Source: Amoebophrya sp. A120 (Eukaryota > Protista > Dinoflagellata). From it: DNA of 64,000 nt. Below, piece by piece: positions 1-11,850 of the stretch; within the stretch, counting starts at the first letter, position 1, and every line of letters starts with the position of its first letter. The position numbers were made by a program, and so were the translations under genes. The DNA is taken from positions 10,523,655 through 10,587,654 of the forward strand of contig CAJINV010000004.1 in NCBI GenBank assembly GCA_905178155.1, written 5' to 3'. Under the pieces are notes generated by a model that did not search any database, had not been told where the DNA came from, and was given only the letters and a program-made list of their open reading frames with translations.

Positions 1-1634
1 AAGTTGCACGCCGCGCCGATGGAAACCACGATGACCACGAAGATCGCGGACAGGTACTGCAAAAAGTCCTTGGCGAAGAAGGATTTCTTTTCCTTCGCAC
101 CACTTTTATTACCCTCTTTCTTCTTGTTTCCCGTGGTCTTTTTGTTGCCCGAACCAGCAGCTCCTCCGTTCAGTGCCTCGTTCGCCTTTTCTTTTCCGAC
201 CACCGTGGCGAGTAACTCCTGCAGCGTTTTCATCTTGTATTCGCGGACAAACGAAGTGGCCTTCTGCATGATGTGCCGGTTGTGCTGGAGTTTCTGCAGG
301 GTCTCATCGGTTTCGAGGAGCTTGGTTTTGTGCTGGGCAAAGTCCTCCTCGGTCAGCGCCTCCTTGTTGTCCGACCGGTCCCGCAGATCGTCGCGCACAA
401 TGCGGTCGACGACGTTCTGGGCCCGCTGGATGTCCTCGTCCACCTCGATCTGGTCCTCCTCTTCCGCCCACTGGTACAGCTGCGGGTACTCATCCACCAG
501 GGTCTGCCCAATGTGGATATGCATTGCAAAAGTATCGTACTCGTAGTAATTGCATTCATGCATTACAAATCTCTTTCTCAAGGCAAATCAGCACTACAGA
601 TTTAATTCGTAATGCTGGGCTAATTTGCAATGCAATTTATACTAGTACGATGCTTTTGCATTGCATAGTGGACACCCTCAAACAACCAGGCGTCCAGGAT
701 GGTCTTCGGGTACTTGGTGGCGTTCGGGACGCGGTTTTCTGATAATGGTGTTTTGCGTTTATAGATTTGTAGCCACGCATGAAGATGAGATGAAGCCACT
801 ACATTTGTGTGGTTGCATGGGCACGACAATGATTGAGCATGCGCATCATATATACCCGCTCCCCATTCGCCATCCCGAGCGGCGGCTTCGTCCCACGTTT
901 CCGCGACGTAGGACTGGTATTTCTGCGGCGCGTCCCGGACCAGCACGAGGGCCTTGTCTTGCATCTTCTTCTTGAACGCCCGGATCCCCTTCTCCGCGTC
1001 GTCGCCGATCCACTTCACGTTGGTCAACTCGAACGTCTTCACCCGGCGTGCCCGGTCGTGCTCCGGCGTGTGACGCATCTTTTGTTTTATGCCCGATAAA
1101 GTAGTTTGTTCTCTGTTTCTTACATGCAAGCAACAGTGCCTTTTGATGTTTTGCGTTCATCATCTGTAGGACGACAAAATGAGGAACCAAAGAAGGTACC
1201 TGACCACCCTGCGCCCGCCCGGTGAAAGTTGTGGGCCCGGTGATGTTCACAACCCAGGTGACGGTGAGGTTGCTCATGATTGTGTCAGAAATTGTATCGG
1301 TTTTGTTCTCCGACGTTGCAGTTATGCTGCTATCTGTTTCATTTCCAGTTGTCGCTTCCGCAGCAGCGGCGGGAGTTTCTTCAGCAGTGCCCCTTGGGCT
1401 TTCGTCCTGTTTACCGATATCTGCGGCTGGAGCGGGGACGGCAGCATGATCGGAGGCTGCTGTAGTTTGCTCCTGTGCAGCCTGTTGCGCGGGCTCCTGT
1501 GCCGCTTGGTCGGGGACTGGCGTTGGTGTGGCTTCCGAAGTGGTTTCTTGGGCTGTGGGTGCGGGATCGGGAGAGCCACTTTCCGCTCGGATGGCGACAG
1601 TGGCGAGGGCAAGAAGTTTCGAACGACGTAGCAT
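1..1634 (-). CDS. Hypothetical signal-peptide protein with C-terminal hydrophobic segment, multi-exon, runs off the left edge
   Basis: N-terminus MLRRSKLLALATVAIRAE, then an Ala/Thr/Glu-rich linker. Removing introner 518-667 plus one TSD joins ...FEGVH to IGQTLVDEYPQ..., and the frame stays open to base 1 ending in YLSAIFVVIVVSIGAA. Confidence 0.65.
518..667. mobile_element. Introner (TIR family B), non-canonical intron
   Basis: TIR tatgcattgcaaaagtatcgtactcgta / tactagtacgatgcttttgcattgcata; TSD gtgga at 513-517 and 668-672; removal restores the ORF. Confidence 0.9.
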
Positions 1635-1959
1635 TCTTAGGAGGTTTCTTTTTTCAGGAACGGAAAGGGTGCTGCTCTGCTCGAGGAGGCGCAGCTTGAG
1701 TGGTGTCTAGTTAGGTTGCTTCACAAATTCCAGTAATTTTTGTAGGGAAGCTCCTCAAAATTAATGGCATGCCAGTTGGATGAATTGGCTGTGAGTGAGC
1801 GTCTCTTCGCTAGTCGTAGCGCTGGAACAAGGTTCAATTTACCGCCCAGAAAGGTTTTTTTTTTGAACACACTGGAGAGAGACGGCACGCAAATTTCTGC
1901 ACCGTGGCGACGCAGCGGTCGTATGCGTATCTAGTAAAAGTGGCAACGCGGACGCAGGC

Positions 1960-3150
1960 CTCCAAACCAAACTGGCCGGCCGCTCCAATCCAGCAAAAAC
2001 AATAGGCCAGGCGGCGCGCGCTGTTATTCACGGGCACGAACGCTCCTGCCGCAGCGAGCCGAGGGCGCATCGGCAGGCGGCGCCGGGCCCAAAGGGCTGC
2101 AAGGGGGGGCGCACGGGAGCGGCCCCTGTCTCGCGCGGGCGGCGCGCGAGACCATGGCGGCGGGGCATGCGGGCCGCCACGCCGCCGGGGCCGCCGGAAA
2201 AGAGACGGCGGCGCGCCACTGCCCTTCGGGGGCCAGTTGTGCAACCACCGCGAAGCGCTGCGCAGCACTGCGGTAGGCGCCGCAAAGCGGAGCCGACGCA
2301 GGGCAGGCACTGCGGCCGGGCGGCCTGTCCGCCCTCGGCCGCCGGGGCCGCGCCCCAATTCCGGGCGGGCTTGCGTCAAGCAGCCGGGCGCCCCCCAATA
2401 GCAGGGCCAGCCTCGCGGGGCGAACGTCGGCGCCGCCCCCGCATCGCGCCACGGCCTCTCGCGGAAAAGCGCCCGCCGGCAGTTGCCGAAGTCCTTTCAC
2501 GTGCACAATCTCCCCGCCATCCCCCGCCCTCCGCGCCCCGCCCTTGTCAGGGTGTGCCTCTAAAGGCTGCGCCCGCCGCGGCCTTCGCCGCCCCCCAGTT
2601 TGGCGCCCTAAAGCGCCGCGGGCCCCGGGGGGCCCATGAGCACCTTCGGCACGGCCTCGGCAGGACGGGCGGGCCGGAAGGCTGCCCCCTTCGGGGGGGG
2701 GGCGCCTAGGGGCAGACCCGCCGCGCCCCAGGCGGCCGCGCGCCTTCGCTTGTCGCGGCACACTCCGGCGGGCCGGTACGCGCGCGGGCACTGGCGCGGC
2801 TTAATTCGCCGAAGCCTTCCCGGCGTTCTCCACCAAAAAACCCCCGGCGGCCCTGCCGGCCTGGTTCCGCAGCGCCTCCAGTCGCCGCGCGCCGCCGATC
2901 CCCTTGGCCTTTGCCGGCGGCGGCGGCTCGGAGGAGCCCGCGGAAGCCGCGGCCTTCTCCTTTTCTCTTCCCGGCCGGGCGCCGGTCGCGCGATTGAGGG
3001 GCAGCCCGGCGGGCTGCTGGTGAGCAGCCGGCAGGCCCCTGCAATCCTGCACTACAATCCACGTCAGCCACAAGTTGACCTCGCCCGAAAAGATCATCGC
3101 GTCCAGGTCCGAATGCATCGGCCTCGCCCGGAAATCGCCCAGCGCTGCAA
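1960..3150. promoter_or_regulatory. GC-rich island upstream of a minus-strand gene
   Basis: Abrupt very GC-rich tract with only low-complexity Arg/Pro/Ala ORFs; similar tracts precede other gene heads. Confidence 0.3.
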
Positions 3151-4799
3151 CGAACACAACCAAAAAACGGCTTCCTCGCTTGCTTTCCATTTAATAACAT
3201 GCTTTTCAGTCTTGCAGGGCCATTTAGTGTAGAAGTTCTGGATAAAAATGTTTTCTGTCTCTTGTAGGAGTTCCTTGCAGTTTCATATCCGCTTGCTAGG
3301 CAAGCGCAATCTTGCCTGGAGGATGACAAAAACCGCAAAAGCCCCATAGCTCGGCTTTTGCTAACACAACAAAACTCAGCTCTACTATATTTTTGGTAGT
3401 ACCTAGAAAATCCATATTGTCGGGACCAATCGTATAATATTCTGGTCGGTGTTAATTCACCTAGTAAGTCTTGCATGTTGCCTGAAAAATCGTGTATGTG
3501 TAATCCTTGACTTTTCTCCTAACCACTATTAAAGATTTTGTAAATTTTGACAAGGCGAAATCATCCGTCCGGACAGCTGGCACGAAAGTCTTGTTCTCCG
3601 CTGGATTTCATTGAGTCTCAGCTTGTTCATTGTTATTTTCCGCTTTAAAATTTCACCATATGGATACTGCAAATTACACACCGGTCGCCCTACATCAGGA
3701 TCATGATGTCCAGCTGCAGGAAACCAATGCTTTCGCTATATCCTCTTCGATAAAATTTACAAATTTCAGGTGGGCTACTTCTATATCGGGTGGTCTTTGC
3801 GAAAAAAACAAAAACCTGGAGGGGGAAAAAACTACTATTCCGTCCCGACGACGGCCTGAGAAGACTAAAGGCGGCAGTAGTAGATGGATTTAGAAGCTCC
3901 GACGGGGGTTCTCTGAAAATTTCAAGGCGGTTGCGGCAGTGTGTTGTCATTGAGCGTGTTGTATCACGAAGCAACAGTTCTCCGGTCGTAGTGGTTCTAG
4001 ATAGGAAAGCCACCTGCTGCTTCTCGATGGTTCATTTTTCCGCTCTCACTCGTGAAGTCTTCTTCGGCCGCGTTTTCAAGAATGAAGTCCTCCTCTACTA
4101 GTCCTGCCAGCAAATCAGAGTGTACTTGTGGTGTGGTTTAGGTTGTAGAGTCCGGATCGACGGTTTATCGTTATTTCGGTGAAGTCCTTGTTGCCTCCAG
4201 CCCCTGGGCCAAATATGACGTCCAGCAAGCCCACGTTACCATTTCCGCATAAACCAGAAACCTACACTGCTTCTGATCTGCTGGCCAGAAATAGGAGTGG
4301 GATAAAATGAAATGTCGTCTGCAGATACTGCACAAACACATAAATGTCGACCACGAAAAAAAAAATGAGCTAGCAAGATGAAAACGGCGTTTTGCCATAG
4401 AAAGTTCAGTGAAGAGTGCTTTGTCTAAAACTTGATTGCTGAAAGCTGTGTGACAAATCTTGATTTTCCATAACAAAAATATCCCTGAAAATCCCATTTG
4501 GTAATATTGTAGAAGTCGATGAAAAGATTTCAGAATTTGGTTGAGGTTTCATCTTCCTCTTCCTAGCATGACAACACCCCAATTATTTTGCTAGTATTCC
4601 GCTTTTAAATTTTCGTAGTTGTATCGACGATGGCATAATCATAATTACAGTTACACTTGTTCCCCTTTTTTAGTATGGTGATTGAGTCATAGTTATTCAT
4701 AATTGTTGATAATGGCGCTTCTAGCAGATTTATTCATAAATTGCAGTTACATGAAATTATAATCAGATTGTCGGCACTTCTTGCACCACGTAAGTTCCG

Positions 4800-7700
4800 T
4801 CACTGGACGGAGTGCCGCAACTTGTGCTCCAAGCTCTTAAACGCAAAAAAAGTTCCAACCCACAGAAGCGCCATTCCGGTGATGCAAAGTGCTGGCTGCG
4901 CCATCGGGTACGGGGAAATGAGGCACAACACTGCGACCTGTTTTCATTGTCGTGTTCTGCCGCATGATCATGAGATGACGCGAACATATGCTTCTTCACA
5001 GCAGGAAAAACCGATACATACTGCATACAATCGTAACTATCGCATGATGACAAGCACACAATAAAAATAAAATGTACCCCGCAACTCTCCATCTTCTGCT
5101 TGAGTTTTCCCTCTGAAATCGCCCGGAGCGCGCCCTGTTTGGCGGACGCCGAGGTGTTGTACACCGCCTGAAAATAGTCGCGGGTGCGGACCCATGCGAT
5201 CGCAAGTTCCATGCAGATCAGCAGAAAGCACGTGAGGAGGAGACCGCAGTTGAGGATGTAGGTGAGGGCTGTTTTGTTGTTCGACAGATTGTTTTTTAAT
5301 AGTTAATTTTCATTCACGTATGATAAAGTCCGTCAATGCACGATAATATGACCCAAACAGACAAGTAAATTTTTTGCAAAACAAAAAGATCTCCACCTCC
5401 GGCGTCGCCGCTTACTCCTTGGTTCAAAATGATCAGCGTCCACAGGCAGGTGCAGAACACCACCTTGTCACACTGCGCGTCCACAAACCCGCCCCATATC
5501 CTGAGTAAAAACGTCCCCACCCCAGAGTTGCCATGCAGATTTGCATTGACAAGGACATTTGTGATGCGCATCCCCATGAGAGCCATTTCCAGTCGTGTTT
5601 TGGAATTTGTGATGCTGTGAACAGGATGAGCAGATGAATCTGTGATGCGGCTGCACATGCTGACCTGCACTACACTGCGGAGTGCAACTTGTCATGCGTG
5701 ACTCACAAAACTCCTAGATTTGTGTTGCAAAATCCTTATCCTGACTCTGGTGTGGGGACGTTTTTACACAGGATATCCCATCGCCCATCGTCATTCTTCG
5801 CGCGGCCGTCCTCCCGCTGCACCTTCGCGACGACCCCGTCCACGTGATCCAGAAAATCGTGGTACATCACCAAAAACGCGGCGGTGAGACCGTACTCGTA
5901 CTTCAGCAACCCGCAGATAACCAAGGTGAGTAAGGTGCGGGCGTAGGTAACGATGTTCGCCGTGAAGACCGTCAAAGTAACCGTTGGTGAGCACTTCTCA
6001 GTCATCATCATGTCGTGGTCTTTCTTGCACTTATTTTTCGATAAAACAACCCCACTGGTGCTTTTCTTGTTTTCCTCCTTGTCCTGGTGATTATCCAATG
6101 GTGCTAGCGCAGTCGCGACGAAACCCGGCACAAACTCCGCTGGCACCTCCACCTCCCGGGGGATGGCCTTGCAGAGGGGGCTGCAGAGCTTCTGGATCCA
6201 AAGGTAGTAGACGTCGTGAAGCCAGACGAGCACGTACATAACCTTCTCTAACCACTTGCAGGAGACGTCGTCCACGTTCCGCTCCGCGTGGGTCAGCTTC
6301 GTGCAGGTCACGTTGCAGCTCTCGTGTGCAGCAGAGGCGGTGGAGGTGTCGGGAAGTTTCGCTGCCGAGGACGAAGAAGTCTCTTGCAGCAAAGTCGTCG
6401 CGCTCGGACTGGTGGGAGTAGCAGCAGTAGCAGCGTTCTTCTTATTTCCGGCGTTGTTTTTCGTACTTTCCGACTGCTCAGGATCGAACAGATTTTTCAC
6501 CGTGCTGTTGTGCATTATTTTTTTTTCAAACTTCTAAAGGGAAGATGCTCTAAAACACACAACATACATTTGTCATGCGAATTCAGACCTACACAAACAA
6601 GAACAAGTTCTCATACTGTCCAATCCAACTTCTAGTTCTACAATTCGTATAACATTACCGTGGCTGGCGCATCCGGTACTTGGTCCAGGATTTCAAATTA
6701 TCAAATGCAAAAATGTCTGGGTCTGGAAGAATGCAATTGTCTGGCATGACTGGAGAATCTGTGTTGCATAGGCACGAAAAAGCCCTCTAACCTGTCCTGC
6801 AAAGACGCAGCTTGCCATGCGGAGTACGTAAGACATGACAGCCAAAAAATTTGTTATGCATAGCTGCGTATTGCAGTGCGTCTATCATTCATTTCTAGCA
6901 TTACAAGTTTTCAGACCCAGACATTTTTGCAGTTGATACAAATTTTCCTCGGTGAGCTCGGTGTTCTGCTTCATGTCCGTGATGGAAACCGGAGCTGATT
7001 AAGGAATTATATAATTTGCTCAGAATCTGTCACGCAGTCGACCTCATGAGAAAATGCAAATAACCGAAAGAAAACCAGCTATGCCATGTACTGTCACTGT
7101 CCGCGTGATCATCGCTGTCACTGGCCCGGCGGCTCAGATCGTCCTGGGAGGAGTCATTGGGCAAGTCCGGCGACTCGTGCACCCCGCCCGTGCTGGTCGT
7201 GGTCGAGGCGTTGCCGCGGGTCAAGCACGTCGTGGACCCGGAATTCTTCCCGATCGGCATCTTCAGTTCCTTGCCAATCGCCTCTCCGACCGCCGCGACC
7301 GTGGAATCCGTCACGGGCAGAGGCTATCAACTGGAAATATGTGGTTTGGGTCCTCTGGAAACTTGTGATGCAAGTCAGGGAACAGCAATGCACACACAGT
7401 AATGCAATGCAAGAGGAGCTCCTCTTTGCGCCCCCGCAATACAGAAGCGTCAGCTCAGCGCCATGCCAGACTACTTAACATGACAAATCTCGCAAAAATG
7501 TTCCAGACCCAGGCCGATATATTCAATTTGATAAAGGCGGCTCCGCAATCATCGAATCGTAGAGCGACTTTTCCTATGAATTGCAAAAGTATCGCAATCG
7601 TACTCGTATAAATGCATTACAAATCTCCTCAGCATGAGAAATAAGATTTGTAATGCGGATTTACCACAACAAAAAGATTTGTAATGCATGATTGCAATAC

Positions 7701-10700
7701 GAGTACGATACTTTTGCACAGGATATTTCCAACAGCTCCTTCTGCGCCTTGTCCAAAACCCCTTGCGTGTTCAGCCGCTCCTGCATATCACACAGAAATA
7801 AGCAGGCAGGTCACATTACTATCTAAACTGCAGCAGCTGGTCAAAAATGCATGCGAGGGGTATGTTCGGGGGTGTGTCAGGGGTATGCAAATGGCAGTCA
7901 ATCACGACCTGAATACAAATTTTTGGCGAAAAAGCAGAAGGTGGGGTATAAACATACCCCAGACACACCCCAGACACACCCCAGACATACCCCAGACAGA
8001 CCCCCGAACACACCCCAGGCAAAAAGTCCGAACATACCCCAGACACACCCCGGACACACCCCGGGCAGACTTTCGGACACACCCCGGNNNNNNNNNNNNN
8101 NNNNNNNNNNNNNNNNNNNNNNNNNNNNNNNNNNNNNNNNNNNNNNNNNNNNNNNNNNNNNNNNNNNNNNNNNNNNNNNNNNNNNNNNNNNNNNNNNNNN
8201 NNNNNNNNNNNNNNNNNNNNNNNNNNNNNNNNNNNNNNNNNNNNNNNNNNNNNNNNNNNNNNNNNNNNNNNNNNNNNNNNNNNNNNNNNNNNNNNNNNNN
8301 NNNNNNNNNNNNNNNNNNNNNNNNNNNNNNNNNNNNNNNNNNNNNNNNNNNNNNNNNNNNNNNNNNNNNNNNNNNNNNNNNNNNNNNNNNNNNNNNNNNN
8401 NNNNNNNNNNNNNNNNNNNNNNNNNNNNNNNNNNNNNNNNNNNNNNNNNNNNNNNNNNNNNNNNNNNNNNNNNNNNNNNNNNNNNNNNNNNNNNNNNNNN
8501 NNNNNNNNNNNNNNNNNNNNNNNNNNNNNNNNNNNNNNNNNNNNNNNNNNNNNNNNNNNNNNNNNNNNNNNNNNNNNNNNNNNNNNNNNNNNNNNNNNNN
8601 NNNNNNNNNNNNNNNNNNNNNNNNNNNNNNNNNNNNNNNNNNNNNNNNNNNNNNNNNNNNNNNNNNNNNNNNNNNNNNNNNNNNNNNNNNNNNNNNNNNN
8701 NNNNNNNNNNNNNNNNNNNNNNNNNNNNNNNNNNNNNNNNNNNNNNNNNNNNNNNNNNNNNNNNNNNNNNNNNNNNNNNNNNNNNNNNNNNNNNNNNNNN
8801 NNNNNNNNNNNNNNNNNNNNNNNNNNNNNNNNNNNNNNNNNNNNNNNNNNNNNNNNNNNNNNNNNNNNNNNNNNNNNNNNNNNNNNNNNNNNNNNNNNNN
8901 NNNNNNNNNNNNNNNNNNNNNNNNNNNNNNNNNNNNNNNNNNNNNNNNNNNNNNNNNNNNNNNNNNNNNNNNNNNNNNNNNNNNNNNNNNNNNNNNNNNN
9001 NNNNNNNNNNNNNNNNNNNNNNNNNNNNNNNNNNNNNNNNNNNNNNNNNNNNNNNNNNNNNNNNNNNNNNNNNNNNNNNNNNCTGGCAAGGCCGCGCCCT
9101 CGGTTGGTCTTGGGTAGTCCTTTGGGGGGGCGCCCCGCCCAGGGGCGCAGAAACAGGCCCGCGCGCCCTGGTTCGGGAGAACAACCTCCAGGACGGCCGC
9201 GCCCTCGGCTGGTCGTGGGTAGTCCTTTGGGGGGGGCGCCCCGCCCAGGGGCGCAGAAACAGGTCCGCGCGCCCTGGTAAGGCCGCGCCCTCGGTTGGTC
9301 TTGGGTAGCCCTTTGGGGGGGGGGCGCCCCACCCAGGGGCGCAGAAACAGGCCCGCGCGCCCTGGTTCGGGAGAACAACCTCCCGGACGGCCGCGCCCCG
9401 CCCAGGGGCGCAGAAAAAGGCGCATTTTTCCACGGGGGCGCCGGCACCACGGGCGCCAAGCCACCCCGTTCTGTCGCAAAAAAAAAACCCTGCCGCATCA
9501 TGGGCAAGAAAAGCCACCGCGGGTGGCCCTTCTTCGCCGCAAGGTCGCAGCGCGGGGACTCTGTCCCCGCGCCATGACCTTGTTTGTAATGCAAAAACAA
9601 ATACACAGGGAAATCTGTCATGGCCATGGGCGAGGCCATAGCATGCTGTTTAGGGCATGCAATATAGACTTTTTTGTCTATTTATTTTTGCATTACAAAT
9701 ATGACCTGCCGGTCTTTTTCTGGGGGATACTGCAGGATGATCTCGATGTCGGTGCTGGAAACCCCCTTGGTCCGCGGCAAGTAGTGGCACTCGCAGACGT
9801 TCTATCAAATGCAAATATGTCTGGGTCTGGGAGATTCCGGGATTTGTCATGCTAGTCCGGCATGACTCTGAGCTCTGTATTGCGTGGCCGCGAGTAGCTC
9901 CTGCTCCCTGTCATGCAAAAACGCAGTTTCTCATGCGGAATACGCAACTCAGAACCATGGAAAAAACCGGTCATGCTTGGCAGCGCATTGCAGTGAGCTT
10001 ACTACTCCATTCCTTGCATCACAAGTTTCCAGACCCAGACATTTTTGCATTTGGTAAGTTCTCGAGCATCTTGTCGAACCGACCCAGGTGGTCGTCCCCC
10101 ATGATGAAGATCTTCGCTATGGAGGGGCTCTCAAACGTTACATTCTCAACTGTTACACGATTTGTCATGCAAATGAGCATCAGCATCCACACGGTGGAGC
10201 TACTTCGCATGACAAATTTCGGAAGGGCTAAATAGGAATAGCATGGAAAGCTGTGCCGCATTTGTAATGCAAGACTTGCAAGCTCCGGCCTTTCACTTTT
10301 CCAGTTCTTGCATCACATATTCATGTAAGAACAGTTGAGAATGTAACGTTTGAGAACGCCATATCCGCCCCATGCTCGACGCAGTACTGCCGCTTGTCCT
10401 CGAGGGAGTGCTCGATGAACACCTCAGACACGCATTGCAGGGACTTCACGAGCTGGACGCGGGCCTGCTCGTCAAAGATCGGCTTCTTGCCCTTCTTCTT
10501 CAGAGTCAACGCGTCGGAAGAGACACCAACGATCAGGCGGGTACCGAAAGCCGCGGCGCGTTCCAAGATGAGCAAATGACCCAAATGGAACAGATCGAAG
10601 GTGCCGAAGGTGATCACCTGTCATAGTTGTTTTGCAGTGCTCTTGCATGAAGACCACGGCAGTCTAAAGATCAACACTGGTGTACCAAATATAGCCGCCG

Positions 10701-10780
10701 GGGCGGAGGTAGTGAGGTCGTGGGCGTTTTCTTGCCGGCCGTCGCTTTGGCCGCGGCTGTGCTTTTCCTGGGTTCGCCAT
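4800..10780 (-). CDS. Fusion of a TagD-like (HxGH) cytidylyltransferase and a CDP-alcohol phosphotransferase; multi-exon, start codon not resolved
   Basis: VITFGTFDLFHLGH...LIVGVSSD...IFIMGDD...YLPRTKGVSST (TagD/CTP_transf-like). Then TANIVTYAR...DFLDHVDGVVAK...WGGFVDAQCDK (DxxDGxxA(R/K)...GxxxDxxxD) and EGKLKQKMES. Frame can be traced across 7 introners and several GT-AG introns; stop at 4802-4800. Confidence 0.75.
5497..5775. mobile_element. Introner (family C)
   Basis: TIR tatcctgagtaaaaacgtccccacccc / gtgtggggacgtttttacacaggata; TSD cccca/tccca; sits inside the GxxxDxxxD motif. Confidence 0.9.
6699..6938. mobile_element. Introner (family A)
   Basis: TIR tatcaaatgcaaaaatgtctgggtctg / cagacccagacatttttgcagttgata; TSD caaat. 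Confidence 0.9.
7325..7533. mobile_element. Introner (diverged family A)
   Basis: tatcaactggaaatatgtggtttggg / cccaggccgatatattcaatttgata; TSD gaggc/aaggc. Confidence 0.8.
7575..7725. mobile_element. Introner (family B)
   Basis: tatgaattgcaaaagtatcg / cgatacttttgcacaggata; TSD tttcc. Confidence 0.88.
8088..9082. other. Assembly gap (N run)
   Basis: Run of N flanked by tandem repeats. Confidence 0.99.
9083..9420. repeat. GC-rich tandem repeat with alternating ~105/86-bp units
   Basis: ggccgcgccc recurs at 9090, 9195, 9281 and 9389. Confidence 0.85.
9803..10056. mobile_element. Introner (family A)
   Basis: tatcaaatgcaaatatgtctgggtctgg / ccagacccagacatttttgcatttggta; TSD cgttc/agttc. Confidence 0.9.
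10118..10363. mobile_element. Introner (family E)
   Basis: tatgg..tctcaaacgttacattctcaactgtt / aacagttgagaatgtaacgtttgaga..ccata; TSD ttcgc/tccgc; removal joins EHGA to IFIMGDD. Confidence 0.88.
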
Positions 10781-11564
10781 ACCGTCGTGAGTAACGTTAG
10801 GCCGCACGGTATGGCGGCCGCTTTATAAACGTCGCAAATTTTGGCAAATTCCCGATATTCCTTTCCGAAAGCCAGCCCCCATGCTATGGGGCCGATCCGG
10901 GTGCCACGGGGGGCGCCCAAAAAGCGAAGGGAAGTCGGGCCCTCAGCATGCGGGTTGGCTTTGCGCGTCTGGCGCGCTTTTGCTTTTTTGCGTTTTTACT
11001 TTTCGCGCCGGCGCTTTTTGCAAAGCTTCCCAGGCTCTGAAACCGGCGAAAATTCGGCCGCTTTCGCGGCCGCCCAAAATGCTCCGAAATCGCGGCCGTG
11101 CCGTGCTGTTTCGCTGTTCTGATTTTGGGCGCGTTTTTTTCGCGCCCCTTTTTGGGCGCCCCAAACCGCCAGAAACTAAGGCGGTGGGCGCCTCAGAAGG
11201 GCGTCCCCTTTGCTGGCTTGTCTGCGTCGTTTTACCCAGCGGCGATCGATAGAATCCGCTGGCGATTCGGTGCCGACACAGCCAAAGCTGCTTGATAATT
11301 GAAAATTTTTTATGTCCAAAAACGCTTCCCGCCGCTTAAAAACTGCCGGTCGTTTTTCAGGGTATATGGCAAAAAAACTCCCCGGTTAGAACCGTTCGGT
11401 GACCTCACTACATACTACCACGAAAATCAAATTCATCGACATCGCACAACAACAGCGAGGACCAATCTAAACCTTATACCGTAGCCTCTTTTTTAACCAC
11501 ATTTTGTTCGTGATTACAACCCGACGCGTAGTCGGGGGCTGCTGTTTCGACCTTCTGGTGCTTT

Positions 11565-11850
11565 TATGCTTTGCAAATACTTGTCTGGGTCTGGCACGAC
11601 ATAATTCCATGACATTTGTTGTGGCTGGTGCAGCACGACGGGAGAGTAGAGTCTGTGAGAAGAACTCATGATGCGCTAGAGCAAAGCCATTTGGTTGTTA
11701 TGCAAAAATGCGATCTTCACAGGCCATGCGGTTTACGAGAGACGACGTCATTGAAAAAGTTGTCACGCGTGGCCCCGAAGCTCCGTAGAAGTTTATCATC
11801 CTCACAGCAGCATCACAACTTTCCAGACACAGACGCGTACTCACTGGATA
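11565..11850. mobile_element. Diverged family-A element outside any recognisable CDS
   Basis: tatgctttgcaaatacttgtctgggtctgg / ttccagacacagac..cactggata; TSD gcttt/gctct. Confidence 0.75.

Larger units (their letters stand above)
7818..9584 (+). mobile_element. Non-autonomous Helitron/Helentron-like element, copy 1 (spans the assembly gap)
   Basis: 5' end actatctaaactgcagc plus a ~12-bp ccccagacaca minisatellite matches the reverse complement of 43412-43709. 3' hairpin aaggtc..gcgcggggac-tct-gtccccgcgc..gacctt (9541-9581) matches 41085-41125. Inserted in a T run with no TSD. Confidence 0.6.
7786..9729. mobile_element. Introner (family D) expanded by a nested insertion
   Basis: tatcacacagaaataagcaggcaggtc / gacctgccggtctttttctgggggata; TSD ctgca. 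Outer parts match the uninterrupted copy at 14711-14881. Confidence 0.85.

Noticed and set aside
518-667. Reading the introners as Tc1/mariner MITEs with a TA TSD
   Set aside because: A 5-bp duplication lies outside the TA in nearly every copy and is needed to restore the frame, so TA belongs to the termini.
1834-3476. Arg/Pro/Ala-rich ORFs in the GC island (likewise 19464-20487)
   Set aside because: Overlapping in all frames with no motifs, as expected from stop-codon scarcity.
3600-4500. Possible small gene between the first two genes
   Set aside because: Short ORFs with no recognisable motif and no consistent exon chain.
7684-9639. Long ORFs spanning the N run
   Set aside because: Artefacts of the gap and of GC-rich repeats.
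11478-11495. Dinoflagellate spliced-leader relic (accgtagcc)
   Set aside because: Only 9 nt match and the TTTTGGCTCAAG core is missing.
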